DNA from: Candidatus Saccharimonadota bacterium
GTDB taxonomy: Bacteria > Patescibacteriota > Saccharimonadia > CAILAD01 > BJGX01
Reading direction: 5' to 3'
Length of the DNA stretch: 60,706 bases
Assembly (NCBI GenBank): GCA_014191035.1
Contig: BJGX01000004.1
Coordinates: 1 to 60,706 of the forward strand
Shown here one piece after another: positions 59,839-60,706 of the stretch. Numbering within the stretch: the first letter of the stretch is position 1; the number at the start of each line of letters is the position of its first letter. The notes under the pieces are model-generated. The model ran no database searches. It was not told the origin of the DNA and saw only the letters and a program-made list of their open reading frames with translations. The position numbers were made by a program, and so were the translations under genes.

Positions 59839-60706
59839 ATGCCATTCAAATCAAAACTAACATCACGTACTAGATCAGGCATCAAGCCTAAATCTAAATT
59901 ATCAGCCAAACTAGTTGCTGCTGTAATTATTGGCTTAATTGCAATAACAGGAATAGTTATTGTTTTTAGAGGTTTTGCGAGCTCTCTTCCATCTTTTCAG
60001 TATTCATTTTACACATCTTGCTTATCTGATAAAAAATCAACTACCGTAAAAAGTGCTATTGGTAGCTACAACGTAACAGTACCTTGGGATACCAAATCCA
60101 ACTGCCTCAAGGACAGTGCCGAAGAACAGTCCTATAGGCTTAATCGCGCAGTCACAAACGGAAAGCCACCGAACCCACCAACTGACTATAATAAATACAA
60201 AGAGCTTGTACAGAAGATGGCAGGCGATAGAGTACCGGTGCCCGAATTGGTGCCGCAGAGTTTTTTGGATCAATTCAAAGATAAGTCCGATGCCGAATTT
60301 GTTACCCAAGTATTCAAAAACGTTCTTTATCGCACACCTGGAGACAATGGTGCTGCATGGGCTGCAGACATGAGGAAGAACGGGTGGAGCCGAAAAGATG
60401 CTGTATTTATTATCTCATCTTCCCCTGAAGCAAAAGACAAAAATGTAGCATTATTCAGCGAGTTTTTAAGAAATAATCCAAACCCAATCAATATTAATCC
60501 TGTAGCCCAAAATGCCCAAAATGTCCGTGATGAAGAAGCAAAGACGCTAGTGGAGGTTGGTATGAAAGCCGCAAACTTCAGAATTCTACAGCTAAGAGGC
60601 GAAATCAACCCTGCAGGCACCTACGCCACGGCTAAGCCCAAGCCAGCTGAAGTCTCTAGAATTATGATCGACCTTGGTAAATGCCTGGCAAGATTCACCG
60701 CTCTTC
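59839..60706 (+). CDS. Membrane-anchored protein with a DUF4214-like domain; the 3' end lies outside the window
   Basis: Open frame from ATG 59839 to the window end. N-terminal TM AAVIIGLIAITGIVIVF. FVTQVFKNVLYRTPGDNGAAWAADMRKNGWSRKDAVFIISSSPE resembles DUF4214. Absent from the track because it has no stop. Confidence 0.55.
   Translation, partial: MPFKSKLTSRTRSGIKPKSKLSAKLVAAVIIGLIAITGIVIVFRGFASSLPSFQYSFYTSCLSDKKSTTVKSAIGSYNVTVPWDTKSNCLKDSAEEQSYRLNRAVTNGKPPNPPTDYNKYKELVQKMAGDRVPVPELVPQSFLDQFKDKSDAEFVTQVFKNVLYRTPGDNGAAWAADMRKNGWSRKDAVFIISSSPEAKDKNVALFSEFLRNNPNPININPVAQNAQNVRDEEAKTLVEVGMKAANFRILQLRGEINPAGTYATAKPKPAEVSRIMIDLGKCLARFTAL

Overview
60.7-kb chromosomal segment of a low-GC bacterium using the standard genetic code (TGA acts as a stop). 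Gene content suggests a reduced Gram-positive-like lineage, possibly Patescibacteria/CPR; that placement is inference only. It is mostly housekeeping: rpmB, the infC-rpmI-rplT operon, argS, trpS, pheS/pheT, gyrB/gyrA, smpB, comM, rmuC, a UvrD-type helicase-nuclease, class I aldolase, uppP and RNase HI. There are also two cell-envelope glycosylation loci, several membrane proteins and a 1690-aa NHL-repeat sensor kinase. RNA genes are 16S rRNA (no 23S follows), tRNA-Pro, tRNA-Ile, tRNA-Ala, tmRNA and RNase P RNA. I saw no transposase, integrase, CRISPR array or prophage. The most notable findings: (1) a 37-nt hairpin between tRNA-Ile and tRNA-Ala that copies the tRNA-Ala acceptor identity set (G3:U70, A73, CCA); (2) an NlpC/P60 cysteine-peptidase domain inserted in the B5 domain of PheT; (3) two ORF-poor, structured units with their own promoter and terminator (about 485 nt and 375 nt) plus a tandem hairpin/box motif; (4) a 19-nt duplicate of the tRNA-Ala 3' end 144 nt downstream; (5) a stand-alone 16S unit with its own processing stem and terminator; (6) NHL propellers nested inside FN3-like domains of an orphan kinase whose His box is separated from the ATPase domain by a membrane hairpin; (7) a DnaA-box cluster; (8) recurrent -10 hexamers 6-7 nt from ATG, suggesting leaderless mRNAs; (9) a locus combining an L,D-transpeptidase, a membrane ATPase and an LPXTG protein. 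Family calls come from reading motifs by eye; no database search was run.
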